35,864 bases of DNA, from UHGV virus genome UHGV-0042415. One strand, 5' to 3'. The notes below the pieces were generated by a model. The model was not told the DNA's origin and made no database searches. It saw nothing but the letters and a program-made list of their open reading frames with translations. Positions 16,166 to 25,974 of this stretch are shown here, one piece after another. The position numbers and the translations under genes were made by a program. Position 1 is the first letter of the stretch, and the number at the start of each line of letters is the position of its first letter. Origin of the DNA: a virus.

Positions 16166-16319
16166 TGCTCCCCCTGAGTAATTACAGGAAGATTACCCGC
16201 GCGCGAAACCGTTCTCCTTAACCCCCTGTTCTGGCCGTTTTCTTACAACAAAAGCCCTTTGTATCAGCCTGTTACGCTTTGCCATCATGACTGAAGAACC
16301 AGTCAGAGGGGCAAAAACT

Positions 16320-17156
16320 ATGGCTAATGAAAAAAAGACATCCCGCAAAAAGTTTCGCGTGGCTGTCTCCGGATCAACTGTTGATGGCCGCGAAATCAGT
16401 CCGGTACATCTGCGTGAAGCCGCCGAGAACTTCAACCCGGATGTTTACGCTGCCCGCGTGAACGTTGAGCACTATCTCTCGCCATGCCCGTCAAGCGAAT
16501 TTTCCGCAATGGGCGATGTCACCGCGCTGAGTACGGAAGATATTACGGAAGGCCCGCTGGCCGGACGTACTGCGCTGTATGCAGAAATCGAACCGACCGA
16601 GCGCATGAAGCAGCTTGTCGCTGACGGCAAGAAAATCTATTCCAGTATCGAACTGCACCCGCAGTTCTCCGTTAACGGGCGCGCCTATCTGGTCGGGCTG
16701 GCGATGACCGACACCCCGGCAAGCCTGGGCACTGAGCGCCTGAAATTCACGGCACAGCAACGTCAGGCGGTGATGACGTTCAACAGTGTCCAGGGTGAAG
16801 CACCGCTTATCTCCGAAGCCATCGAGTCTGAAATCATCGAAATGGCAGAACAACGCCAGGAAGAAGGCACCCAGTGGTTTAACCGCGTAATGGGGATTAT
16901 TGGCCGTGGCCGCAAAGCGGATGACGCCAGTTTCTCCCGCATTCAGGAAGCGGTGGAAGGCGTCGCAACGTCACAGGCCGACATTATCGACCGTTTTAAT
17001 GTGCTGGAAACCCGCCATCAGCAGGACCGCCAGAAAATCACGTCACTGACCACAGAGCTGACAGCACTGAAGGAAAAACTGCGCACGCAGGACGGCGATC
17101 CGCAGAACCGCTTCACCGCAACGGGCGCAGCCTCCGACCAGCTGGCTGACTTCTGA
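16320..17156 (+). CDS. O: Capsid scaffolding protein (P2 gpO-like)
   Basis: Start at the ATG matching the P2 gpO N-terminus (MANEKK...FRVAVSGSTVDGREIS versus P2 MAKK...FRIGVEGDTCDGRVIS). Confidence 0.88.
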   Translation: MANEKKTSRKKFRVAVSGSTVDGREISPVHLREAAENFNPDVYAARVNVEHYLSPCPSSEFSAMGDVTALSTEDITEGPLAGRTALYAEIEPTERMKQLVADGKKIYSSIELHPQFSVNGRAYLVGLAMTDTPASLGTERLKFTAQQRQAVMTFNSVQGEAPLISEAIESEIIEMAEQRQEEGTQWFNRVMGIIGRGRKADDASFSRIQEAVEGVATSQADIIDRFNVLETRHQQDRQKITSLTTELTALKEKLRTQDGDPQNRFTATGAASDQLADF

Positions 17157-17179
17157 TAAGACAAAGGAGCAAATTTTTT

Positions 17180-18232
17180 ATGAATCTGGTGATGTCAGAT
17201 ATTACCCGCAACAAGCTGGGTTGCTATATGGCGCAGCAGGCGTCGCTTAACAATATCCCGGTTTCCGCACTGGTATCGCGATTTACCGTGGAACCCTCGG
17301 TACAGCAGCGTTTTGAAAACGCCTCAAAGGAAAGCACCGAATTTACAAAAAGAATTAACGTGATCGGCGTGACCGACCAGAAAGGCGAAAAAATCCTCCC
17401 GGATACCACCGGGCCGATTGCGCGCACGAATACCAGTTATGACGGCACAAAACGCCGTAACCCGAATAACGTGGTTGATCTGAAAAACCGCAAATACCAG
17501 TGCGAACAGGTGAACTACGACACGTTTATTTCATATCCGCAGCTTGATGCCTGGGCGGCACACCCTGATTTTCAGTCCCGCATCAGCGCACAGATTGCCC
17601 GACAGGTGGCACTTGACCGCATCATGATCGGTTTCAACGGCACGTCTCACGCGGATGAGTCTAACTTCAGCACCAACAAGTTGCTTCAGGACGTTAACGT
17701 GGGCTGGCTGGAGCACATCAGAACCGACGCCAGCGAACGCGTTATGAATGACGTGACGCTGACCTCCCGTAACATGGACAACACCGTGGCGCACGCGGGT
17801 AAGTATGCGAACGCTGATGCACTGGTACAGGACGCGCGCTCATCCCTGCTGGATGAATGGCACAAGGAAGCTGACGACCTCGTGGTGATTATGGGGCGCA
17901 ACCTGTTTAACTCGCTGCGTCTGCCCGTGCTGAACAGCATCAGCGGCCAGAATCCCAATGCGGAATTACTCGCCGGGCAGCTCATTCTGTCATCGCGCAC
18001 CATTGGCGGGCTGGGCGTGTTCCTTGCGCCGTTCTTCCCGGATTCAACGATGCTGATCACCTCGTTCAACAACCTGTCGATTTACTGGCAGAAAGGTTCA
18101 ATGCGTCGTCTGATGAAAGACGAACCGGAATACAACCGCATCGCCACCTACCAGTCCATCAATGACGCTTATGTCGTTGAAGACTATGGCAAGTGCGCGA
18201 TGGTCACTGGCCTGAAGTTCGCCGACAGCTAA
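17180..18232 (+). CDS. N: Major capsid protein (P2 gpN-like)
   Basis: 350 aa; FTVEPSV...ECDQINYD...MLITSFNNLSIYW align with remembered P2 gpN; SD aaggag upstream. Confidence 0.92.
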   Translation: MNLVMSDITRNKLGCYMAQQASLNNIPVSALVSRFTVEPSVQQRFENASKESTEFTKRINVIGVTDQKGEKILPDTTGPIARTNTSYDGTKRRNPNNVVDLKNRKYQCEQVNYDTFISYPQLDAWAAHPDFQSRISAQIARQVALDRIMIGFNGTSHADESNFSTNKLLQDVNVGWLEHIRTDASERVMNDVTLTSRNMDNTVAHAGKYANADALVQDARSSLLDEWHKEADDLVVIMGRNLFNSLRLPVLNSISGQNPNAELLAGQLILSSRTIGGLGVFLAPFFPDSTMLITSFNNLSIYWQKGSMRRLMKDEPEYNRIATYQSINDAYVVEDYGKCAMVTGLKFADS

Positions 18233-18277
18233 TCAACTCACGGCGGGCATCATGCCCGCCTGTAACGGAGAGAAAGA

Positions 18278-19078
18278 ATGATTACTCCTGCACAGCAACA
18301 CTGGCAGAACGTGATGGCACAGCGCGCAGGCCGGGCGAATGAAGGCGTGGACCACGCCGCGCGTACCGCGCATGAAGAGGTGCTGTATCGTCTGCGTCTG
18401 GCACAGGCCCGGCTTAAGGGCGTACAGGCAAGAAGCGCGAAAGCCGCCATCAAAAAAGAGTTGTTGCCGGATTTTTCCGGCTGGATTGAGGGAACGCTGG
18501 AGGCTGACGGCGGGCAGCAGGACGAAGTGATTGCCACGCTGATGGTGTGGGCGATTGACTGCGGCGATCTTCCGCTTGCGCTGCGTATTGGTGCGTATGT
18601 GGTCCGTCACAACCTCATCATGCCGGATAACTTTGGCCGTACTGCTGCCACGGTACTGACCGAAGAAATCTGCAACCCGGTACTGACGCAGGCCGGGACG
18701 GATGCCGACGCGGATTTGTCCACCTTTATCGAACCACTGGACACACTTTGGGAAATTGTCGCCAACCAGGATATGCCGGACGAAGTGCGCGCCAAATTAT
18801 GCAAGGCGTGCGCCTTTGCCCGTCGTGGTCTGACCGATGCAGACAACATGGCCTTATCACTGAAGCTGCTGCGCGAAGCGATGCACCTGAACCCGAACGC
18901 AGGTGTGAAACGCGAGATTGCAACCCTTTCCCGCGCCCTGAAAAAAGCCGATTCCGCAGCCGCACCAGAAGACGCCAGCGCACAGCAGACGCAGGACGAA
19001 AGCAGCAAAAGTAAAAAGACAACGCGGAAGCCTGCAACACGAAAAACCACCGCGACGCAGAAGGCGAAGCGCGGTTAA
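18278..19078 (+). CDS. M: Terminase small/endonuclease subunit (P2 gpM-like)
   Basis: 266 aa; position after N; basic C-terminal tail. Confidence 0.85.
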   Translation: MITPAQQHWQNVMAQRAGRANEGVDHAARTAHEEVLYRLRLAQARLKGVQARSAKAAIKKELLPDFSGWIEGTLEADGGQQDEVIATLMVWAIDCGDLPLALRIGAYVVRHNLIMPDNFGRTAATVLTEEICNPVLTQAGTDADADLSTFIEPLDTLWEIVANQDMPDEVRAKLCKACAFARRGLTDADNMALSLKLLREAMHLNPNAGVKREIATLSRALKKADSAAAPEDASAQQTQDESSKSKKTTRKPATRKTTATQKAKRG

Positions 19079-19170
19079 CGACTGACCCCGTCAGCGGGCG
19101 GCGTGCGCGGTGTTCCGGTTTGACTCCGTGACCGTTTACACCGCGCACCCACCGCCCGATTTTTTCAGGA

Positions 19171-19674
19171 GTGAACCCCATGAGTATGGTTGCCAGAACC
19201 AACCCCGGCCCCGCAGAGGACGACATCACCGATACCGATGATGGTGATACCCGTATTTCAGCGGGCGCATTCTGGCCGGATATTGTGCTGCGTGAGCTGC
19301 GTCTGGCGATACGACTGCCGGGCCGTGTGACCACCTCCCGCCTGCTGCATACCGCCACCGGGGCCGTGGCACACGTTACCCGCGAGCTGGAAGCGTGGCA
19401 GCAGGAACAACAGGCGGCTGGCCATCAGACGCTGGCCGATGTTCCGGCACCCGTAATTAACGGAGAAAGCGTCAATCTCTGGCACTGGCGCAATGCCGTT
19501 TATACCGCCACACGCGCCCTGATTCTGGAGCGTTACCGCGATGCGGACACAACGGATAAGGGCGACCGCCGCGCGGACGCACTGGATATACAGACATCGG
19601 ATTTGTGGCGCGATGTGAGCTGGGCCATCTCTGACATTCTGCGCCGCCCGCGAATCTTTGCGGAGTTGTGCTGA
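19171..19674 (+). CDS. L: Head completion/stabilisation protein (P2 gpL-like)
   Basis: 167 aa; position and size match P2 L. Confidence 0.85.
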   Translation: MNPMSMVARTNPGPAEDDITDTDDGDTRISAGAFWPDIVLRELRLAIRLPGRVTTSRLLHTATGAVAHVTRELEAWQQEQQAAGHQTLADVPAPVINGESVNLWHWRNAVYTATRALILERYRDADTTDKGDRRADALDIQTSDLWRDVSWAISDILRRPRIFAELC

Positions 19675-19874
19675 TGAAAGTGAAGGCACTGGAAGGCGAC
19701 ACCGTGGATTCGCTCTGTTTCCGGTACTACGGCACGACGCAGGGCGTCACCGAAAAGGTGCTGGATGCCAACCCCGGACTCTGTCAGCAGGTATTTCTGG
19801 ACGCCGGGCAGGAAGTGGAGATGCCGGAGCCGGAGAAGAAGAAACGAGAAATGATTCAGTTGTGGGGGGAGTAG
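19674..19874 (+). CDS. X: Tail protein X (P2 gpX-like)
   Basis: MKVKALEGDTVDSLCFRYYGTTQGVTEKVLDANPGL matches the P2 gpX pattern (MKTFALQGDTLDAICVRYYGRTEGVVETVLAANPGL); ATG overlaps the L stop. Confidence 0.88.
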   Translation: MKVKALEGDTVDSLCFRYYGTTQGVTEKVLDANPGLCQQVFLDAGQEVEMPEPEKKKREMIQLWGE

Positions 19875-19876
19875 CA

Positions 19877-20200
19877 GTGAGCACCATTCAAACAGGGATC
19901 ACAGAGCAGGTTATTGCGTGGCTCTTTGACCACCTGCCAACGGTGTATGCAGTAGGCGCGGCGGTCAGCATTTCCGCGCTGATGAGTCTTTATGACGGAC
20001 GAACACTGGTTCAGACCGTAACGGGATCGCTGGCGTGCGGCGTTCTTGCCATGGCCGTGGCCGGGTCGTTGCGCTTCTTCGGAGTTCCTGAGGATGCCGT
20101 GACGTTTTTCGGCGCATCTATCGGTTTTATGGGTGCAGAGAAAGCACGCGACAAGGTTATTGCGGCCTTTAATCGCAGGGTGAAGGAGAAGGACGAATGA
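19877..20200 (+). CDS. Putative holin
   Basis: About 107 aa from a GTG directly after the X stop; two to three hydrophobic segments and a charged C-terminus (RRVKEKDE); immediately upstream of the endolysin. Confidence 0.6.
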   Translation: MSTIQTGITEQVIAWLFDHLPTVYAVGAAVSISALMSLYDGRTLVQTVTGSLACGVLAMAVAGSLRFFGVPEDAVTFFGASIGFMGAEKARDKVIAAFNRRVKEKDE

Positions 20201-20589
20201 GCGACACATTTAAATTCAGCAGCCGGAGCGAAAAGAATTTACAGGGTGTAAATCCTGATCTGGTGAAAGTGACCCGACGGGCACTGGAAATCTCGGAAGT
20301 GGATTTTGGTATCACCGAAGGATTGCGCAGCCGTTACCGCCAGAAGCAACTTGTGGCCACAGGTAAGAGCCAGACCATGAACAGCCGCCACCTTACGGGG
20401 CATGCCGTGGATGTTGTGGCGTATGTCGGCAGCCAGGTGTCATGGGAATGGCCGCTGTACGAAAAAATCGCAGCAGCATTCAGACAGGCCAGCCGGGAGC
20501 TGAATATTCCGGTGGAATGGGGCGGCGACTGGAAGACCCTGAAAGACGGACCGCATTTTCAGTTACCACACGGAGCCTATCCGGCATGA
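20197..20589 (+). CDS. Endolysin, peptidase M15 (L-alanyl-D-glutamate endopeptidase/VanY-like) type
   Basis: 130 aa; zinc-site-like SRHLTGHAVDVVAY; sits between holin and spanins. Confidence 0.8.
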   Translation: MSDTFKFSSRSEKNLQGVNPDLVKVTRRALEISEVDFGITEGLRSRYRQKQLVATGKSQTMNSRHLTGHAVDVVAYVGSQVSWEWPLYEKIAAAFRQASRELNIPVEWGGDWKTLKDGPHFQLPHGAYPA

Positions 20590-20993
20590 AGCTCTGGCCC
20601 ACGCTTGGCGTCGCTTTCCTTCTGATTGCCGGATGGGGAACATCCATGCGTCTGTCGTGGTCGCTGGGCCGGGAGAACGCCAGAAACGAAGCGCAGGCCA
20701 GCACCCTGAAAAGTACCGCCGACACCCTGAATATCATCAGCGCCGGGGTACAGGATATGCAGCAGGTGCTGGCGCAACTCCGCGTGGAAAATCAGCAACG
20801 CAATCAGGACGGAGAGGTAAGACGTGAACAGCTACGCAACGATATTGCAAAAGATGAATGCGCCCACGCTTTGCCTGACGCTCGTTTTACTGACAGGCTG
20901 CGCAGGCACGCAGAACGCGCCACTGCCAGCGCCGTCAGTCCGGCTTATACCGCAGACGCTGACCATTCCGGTAACGCCGCCCCCCTTCCCTGA
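20586..20993 (+). CDS. i-spanin (Rz/LysB-like)
   Basis: 135 aa; N-terminal TM LWPTLGVAFLLIAGWG, coiled-coil periplasmic part; ATGA overlap with the endolysin stop. Confidence 0.75.
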   Translation: MKLWPTLGVAFLLIAGWGTSMRLSWSLGRENARNEAQASTLKSTADTLNIISAGVQDMQQVLAQLRVENQQRNQDGEVRREQLRNDIAKDECAHALPDARFTDRLRRHAERATASAVSPAYTADADHSGNAAPLP

Positions 20994-21144
20994 CCCTCCC
21001 ACATGGGGAAATCTCGGTATATGGGGCGACCGCCTTCTGGATGCACTGGAAACCTGTAACGCGGATAAACGGGCCATTGAATTACTGGAACAGCGCAGGC
21101 TGCAACGACTGAACAACGAGGACAACAACCATGCTGAAAACTGA
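20854..21144 (+). CDS. o-spanin lipoprotein (Rz1/LysC-like), overlapping the i-spanin in another frame
   Basis: Lipobox LLTGC, proline-rich mature part (PVTPPPFPDPP); starts inside the Rz gene and extends past it as in P2 lysB/lysC; start codon uncertain (20824 or 20854). Confidence 0.7.
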   Translation: MNAPTLCLTLVLLTGCAGTQNAPLPAPSVRLIPQTLTIPVTPPPFPDPPTWGNLGIWGDRLLDALETCNADKRAIELLEQRRLQRLNNEDNNHAEN

Positions 21145-21598
21145 TTCCCTGCGTGAAGCCATGACCCGTTCATGCCGATGGTGTCAGGCCAACCCGGAAA
21201 AATTCACCATTTTCGTGGAGAGCGGCAACATTGAAACGACAGGAGAAACCCCATCGTTTGTTTACCGCTATCAGATGGTGATGTTTGTCATGGATTACGC
21301 CGGGGAGCTGGATGACCTCACGCTGCCGCTGCTGGCGTGGTTATCCGAAAATCAGCCACAGTTGTTGCTCAACCCTGAGCGTAATCAGGACATCAAATTC
21401 TCCGCCGTTATCAATGACGATGACAGCGCCGACCTCCTGTTTACGCTCCCCCTGCGGGAACGCGTTCGCATCACGCGCAACAGTCAGGGCACACCGCAGG
21501 CAGAACACCTGCCGGAGCCAAAACCCCGTCTGCCCTCTTCCGAAGGCGACTGGTCGCATGTATTCCAGGATGTGACGTGGGGTGAAAGCGATGGATAA
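21131..21598 (+). CDS. R: Tail completion protein (P2 gpR-like)
   Basis: 155 aa; position after the lysis cassette. Confidence 0.8.
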   Translation: MLKTDSLREAMTRSCRWCQANPEKFTIFVESGNIETTGETPSFVYRYQMVMFVMDYAGELDDLTLPLLAWLSENQPQLLLNPERNQDIKFSAVINDDDSADLLFTLPLRERVRITRNSQGTPQAEHLPEPKPRLPSSEGDWSHVFQDVTWGESDG

Positions 21599-22226
21599 GG
21601 CATTCACCCGCGTGGATGAAACCTTTGAGGCCATCCGCAACAGCCTGAATCAGCAGGCCATCAATAACATCGCCAGAAAGCTGGCACAGGATTTACGCCG
21701 CGCCCAGCAGGCGCGTATCCGGTCACAGAAAGCGCCGGACGGGACCGCGTGGACACCACGCAGACGCCGCGTAACCCGGATACAGGAACGCATTCGCTTT
21801 ATCTGGAATAACGAAGCACGCACGCTGAAAAACTGGCATCACGACACGGGGAAATACGGGCGAACCATTACCGGGTGGGATGAGGATAAAAACAATATCC
21901 GCACGTTTTACCGGGATGACATCGACCGTTTTCTGGAAATACGCACCCGGCGCATCAACCAGGACAGCACAAAGCGCGTCCCCATGTTCGTAAAACTGCG
22001 CACCGCCCGCTACCTGAAAGCCCGTGCAGATGCTTCCGGTGTGACGGTGGGTTACAGCGGCGTGGCCGCACGTATTGCCCGCGTTCATCAGTTCGGTGAG
22101 CGCGATCAGGTTGCGCCGGGCATTTTCACCGATTACCCGGTACGTGAGCTGCTGGGTATCAGCCAGGCAGATGAGCGCCTGATTTATAACACGGTGCTGG
22201 GCCGGATTGCGGAGGCTGTACGGTGA
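21582..22226 (+). CDS. S: Tail completion protein (P2 gpS-like)
   Basis: About 211 to 214 aa; position between R and V. Confidence 0.8.
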   Translation: MKAMDKAFTRVDETFEAIRNSLNQQAINNIARKLAQDLRRAQQARIRSQKAPDGTAWTPRRRRVTRIQERIRFIWNNEARTLKNWHHDTGKYGRTITGWDEDKNNIRTFYRDDIDRFLEIRTRRINQDSTKRVPMFVKLRTARYLKARADASGVTVGYSGVAARIARVHQFGERDQVAPGIFTDYPVRELLGISQADERLIYNTVLGRIAEAVR

Positions 22227-22804
22227 GCGCAGAACTCATGCGACTGCTGAGCAATATCATCCGCACCGGGATCATCTCTGAAGTTGATGAGAAGTCCTGG
22301 CGCGTGCGCGTTCGCAGCGGCGAACTGGAAACAGGATGGTTGCGCTGGAACACCACGCGCGCGGGAGCCTTCAATGTGTGGCTGCCGCCATCACCAGGCG
22401 AACAGGTGGTAATTGCCTGCATTGGCGGCAACCCGGAAACCGCCATGATAATTGGCAGCCTGTGGAGTGATGCCAGTCCGGCCCCCGGAAAAAGCCTGAA
22501 AGAAATCGTGGTCAGTGCGCCGGATGGCGCGGTGTTCCGCTACGACGCGGACGCAGGCGCACTGAGCGCCAGCGGCATGAAAACAGCCACCCTGCAGGCA
22601 TCCGTCAGCGTGACACTGGATACGCCCGTCGTGGAATGCACAGACCTTCTGAGAACGGCGACGCTTGACGTCACAAAAGGGGGAAAGATGAGCGGCAATA
22701 TCACGCACAGCGGCGGCGATTTCACCTCAAACGGCATCACAGTGCATACGCATAAGCACGGTGGTGTTAAAGGTGGCAGCGATTCGACAGGAGGCCCGCA
22801 GTGA
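22223..22804 (+). CDS. V: Baseplate spike/assembly protein (P2 gpV-like)
   Basis: 193 aa; overlapping starts and stops with S and W. Confidence 0.85.
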   Translation: MSAELMRLLSNIIRTGIISEVDEKSWRVRVRSGELETGWLRWNTTRAGAFNVWLPPSPGEQVVIACIGGNPETAMIIGSLWSDASPAPGKSLKEIVVSAPDGAVFRYDADAGALSASGMKTATLQASVSVTLDTPVVECTDLLRTATLDVTKGGKMSGNITHSGGDFTSNGITVHTHKHGGVKGGSDSTGGPQ

Positions 22805-23151
22805 CAACCCGCTACACAGGAATGAACCCGGACGGGACGGGAAACCTGAACGATATGGACCACCTGAAACAGTCAGTCAGGGACATCCTGACCACCCCGC
22901 TGGCAAGCCGGGTTATGCGACGGGAATATGGCAGCCTTGTGCCTGATTTGATTGACGAACCCATGAATAACACCACGCGTCTGCAATGCATGAGTGCTGC
23001 CGTGATTGCACTGACACGATGGGAACCCCGCATTGCCCTGGATGCCATCGATGTTGTCTGGAAAGCAGGAGGCCGCGCTGGGGTGACGCTGTCGGGCACT
23101 GTCATGCAGACCATGCAGAATGTTGAATTAACCATCACGCTGAGAGAGTAA
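22801..23151 (+). CDS. W: Baseplate wedge protein (P2 gpW, T4 gp25-like)
   Basis: 116 aa; size and position. Confidence 0.85.
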   Translation: MTTRYTGMNPDGTGNLNDMDHLKQSVRDILTTPLASRVMRREYGSLVPDLIDEPMNNTTRLQCMSAAVIALTRWEPRIALDAIDVVWKAGGRAGVTLSGTVMQTMQNVELTITLRE

Positions 23152-23154
23152 ATC

Positions 23155-24051
23155 ATGCCTGCCGTTGACCTTTCCCAGTTACCGGAACCCGCCATCATAG
23201 CGGAGCCTGACTTTGAGGCAATTCTGGCTGACACAGAGGCCATGATGATTGCGTCCTATCCTGCCGAACAGCGTGAAGCCGTCTCCGCCGCGCTGGAGCT
23301 GGAATCGGAACCCCTGAACGTTATCGCTCAAACCATGTCTTTTCGTGAAATGCTGTTACGCCAGCGGGTTAACGAGGGGGCACGCGCCTGCATGTTAAGC
23401 CACAGCGCCGGAACAGACCTGGACAACCTCGCGGGCAATATGAACACAAAGCGCCTGGTTATCACTCCGGCAACGGATACCACCGACGCGGTGATGGAGA
23501 GCGACACCTCGCTGAGACTGCGGGCGCAGCGGGCGTACGACGGCCTGAGTGTTGCTGGCCCGTCAGGTGCATACGAGTATTTTGCCCGCAGCGCCAGCGG
23601 TCTGGTGCGTGATGCGCGGGCCATCAGTCCGTCTCCGGCCTGTGTGACGGTTTCCATCCTGTCCACTGAAGGCGACGGCACAGCAACGGAGGCGTTGCTT
23701 AATACCGTTCGCGCCGTTCTGAATGCAGAGGATACCCGCCCGGTGGCCGACCGCCTGACCGTACAGAGCGCCAGAATCGTGACATGGCGGCTGAATGCAA
23801 AACTGTACTTTTACCCCGGTCCGGAATCCGAACCTATTCTGGCGGCGGCTGAATCGTCGTTCAGGAAGTGGCTGGCTGAGCAGGGGCTTATCGGTCAGGA
23901 CGTGGCGTTGTCCGCCATTGCTGCCGCACTGCATGTGCACGGTGTGCAACGCGTGGAGATAATCGAACCCACACAGAATATGGCCATCAGCGACATACAG
24001 GCGGCGCGCTGTGAGTCATTCACCATCAGCGAAGGTGGGCGTAATGAGTAA
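23155..24051 (+). CDS. J: Baseplate wedge protein (P2 gpJ-like)
   Basis: 298 aa; position and size. Confidence 0.88.
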   Translation: MPAVDLSQLPEPAIIAEPDFEAILADTEAMMIASYPAEQREAVSAALELESEPLNVIAQTMSFREMLLRQRVNEGARACMLSHSAGTDLDNLAGNMNTKRLVITPATDTTDAVMESDTSLRLRAQRAYDGLSVAGPSGAYEYFARSASGLVRDARAISPSPACVTVSILSTEGDGTATEALLNTVRAVLNAEDTRPVADRLTVQSARIVTWRLNAKLYFYPGPESEPILAAAESSFRKWLAEQGLIGQDVALSAIAAALHVHGVQRVEIIEPTQNMAISDIQAARCESFTISEGGRNE

Positions 24052-24652
24052 TTCACTGTTACCGCCATCAGCCAGCAGTTTCATGCGTTGCGCCGAAGCT
24101 GTCGGAGCGCGCATTACAGACATCCCGGTAGACCTCAACACGCTGTGGTCACCGGACACCTGCCCGGTGCATCTGCTGCCTTATCTCGCCTGGGCATTTT
24201 CCGTTGACCGCTGGGATCGCAACTGGCCGGAAGAGACAAAGCGACAGGTGATTCGTGATGCATGGCTGATACACCGACACAAAGGGACCATCAGCGCACT
24301 GCGAAGAGCCGTGGAGCCTCTCGGCTACCTGATTGAAGTAAAGGAGTGGTGGCAACTCAACGAGGAGCCGGGAACATTTCGCATTGTTGTCGGAGTACTT
24401 GATCAGGGCATCACCGATGAAATGTATCAGGAACTTGAGCGCCTTATTGCGGATGCAAAACCAGTAAGTCGCCATCTGACGGGGCTGGCGATCAGCCTGA
24501 GTGTGAACGGAAAGATTTTCGTTGGTACGGGATGCTATCACGGCGATGCCCTGACGGTTTATCCCTACACCCCGGAGTCCATTATTGTCGAAGGGGATTA
24601 TTTCCCTGCCCCGGCCATTCATTTAATTGATAATCTGAGAGTAAACCCATGA
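24044..24652 (+). CDS. I: Baseplate protein (P2 gpI-like)
   Basis: About 202 aa from the ATG at 24044, overlapping the J stop. Confidence 0.82.
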   Translation: MSNSLLPPSASSFMRCAEAVGARITDIPVDLNTLWSPDTCPVHLLPYLAWAFSVDRWDRNWPEETKRQVIRDAWLIHRHKGTISALRRAVEPLGYLIEVKEWWQLNEEPGTFRIVVGVLDQGITDEMYQELERLIADAKPVSRHLTGLAISLSVNGKIFVGTGCYHGDALTVYPYTPESIIVEGDYFPAPAIHLIDNLRVNP

Positions 24653-25974
24653 CATCAAAATACTATGCCATACTGACCAGCCAGGGCGCAGCAAGGCTGG
24701 CAAACGCGACCATGCTCGGCAGCAAGCTGAATCTGACGCAAATGGCCGTGGGTGATGCAAACGGCATATTACCAACGCCAGATCCGACACAAACCAGACT
24801 GATTAACCAGAAACGCATTGCTCCGCTGAATATGCTGGATATCGACCCCTCTAATCCGGGCCAGATTATTGCGGAACAAATCATTCCTGAAAATGAAGGA
24901 GGTTTCTGGATCCGTGAGATTGGTCTTTACGATGATGAAGGGATCCTTATTGCAGTGGCGAACTGCCCGGAAACCTACAAACCACGATTGCAGGAAGGGA
25001 GTGGTCGTACACAGACCATCCGAATGCTCCTTATTGTCAGCAATACAGAGTCTGTCACACTGAAAATTGACCCGTCAGTAGTCCTGGCAACCCGCAAATA
25101 TGTGGACGACAGGATGTCTGGTGCATCCTTGCAACTGGACAAATTAATAGAGAAACACATCAATGCAGAGGATCCGCATACCCAATATGCCCACAAAGAA
25201 TCCCCGGCGTTTAGCGGCACCCCGACTGCACCAACTGCGGATAAAGCGGATAACAGCAATAAGCTGGCCACGACAAAATTTGTAAAAGGGGCAATCGCTG
25301 ATCTGCAGTCAAAATTAGATAATAACCAGCCCGTTGACTGCTATACAAAAGCCGAATCAGATACCAGGTATCCGGATTCAGGAAGTGTTGCATACCTGAC
25401 GAAAAGTACAATTCAGCGTTTTCAGGGAAGTATTGAAGTCAGGGATATTTTCAGTATCTACACATTAAATGATGTAAACGGTCTCAGGCTCGAACCGGGA
25501 CTAAAAAATAACATTGGACTGAAACGCAGAGGAAAATGGACTTATTACAGCTTCCCGGATAAGGATGGGGAGCTGGCATTAAAATCTGATTTAACTTCGC
25601 TTCTGGACGGTCTGGACATATATCCTGTGGGAGCACCACTTCCCTGGCCATTAGCCACACCGCCATCGGGTTACTTAATCTGTAACGGACAGCGATTTAA
25701 CCCGTCCACCTACCCCGGGCTGGCTTCTGCCTATCCAGGTGGTGTCCTGCCGGATTTGCGCGGTGAATTTATTCGTGGCTGGGATAATGGTCGTGGTGTG
25801 GATACAGGAAGACGCATCCTCAGTCAGCAATTCGGCAATACCCCAGTTATGGATTATGAATATCCGGTAGGCAGTGGTTTTTCGGTAACGATTCGCACTG
25901 TAGGAAATGATGAAGGTGCAAATGAAACGCGTCCGCGAAATATCGCTTTTTTATATATCGTGAGGGCTAAATAA
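24649..25974 (+). CDS. H: Tail fibre protein (P2 gpH-like)
   Basis: 441 aa; conserved-looking N-terminal region then divergent C-terminal receptor-binding part; followed by the fibre assembly gene. Confidence 0.85.
   Translation: MTSKYYAILTSQGAARLANATMLGSKLNLTQMAVGDANGILPTPDPTQTRLINQKRIAPLNMLDIDPSNPGQIIAEQIIPENEGGFWIREIGLYDDEGILIAVANCPETYKPRLQEGSGRTQTIRMLLIVSNTESVTLKIDPSVVLATRKYVDDRMSGASLQLDKLIEKHINAEDPHTQYAHKESPAFSGTPTAPTADKADNSNKLATTKFVKGAIADLQSKLDNNQPVDCYTKAESDTRYPDSGSVAYLTKSTIQRFQGSIEVRDIFSIYTLNDVNGLRLEPGLKNNIGLKRRGKWTYYSFPDKDGELALKSDLTSLLDGLDIYPVGAPLPWPLATPPSGYLICNGQRFNPSTYPGLASAYPGGVLPDLRGEFIRGWDNGRGVDTGRRILSQQFGNTPVMDYEYPVGSGFSVTIRTVGNDEGANETRPRNIAFLYIVRAK

Noticed and set aside
16166-16319. 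Ogr-dependent late promoter boxes (TGT-N12-ACA) in the P/O divergent region and in 32284..32440
   Set aside because: Divergent late promoters are expected here by synteny, but I could not find a clean TGT-N12-ACA dyad by eye (closest is TGT-N15-ACA near 16230); not annotated without a proper motif scan.
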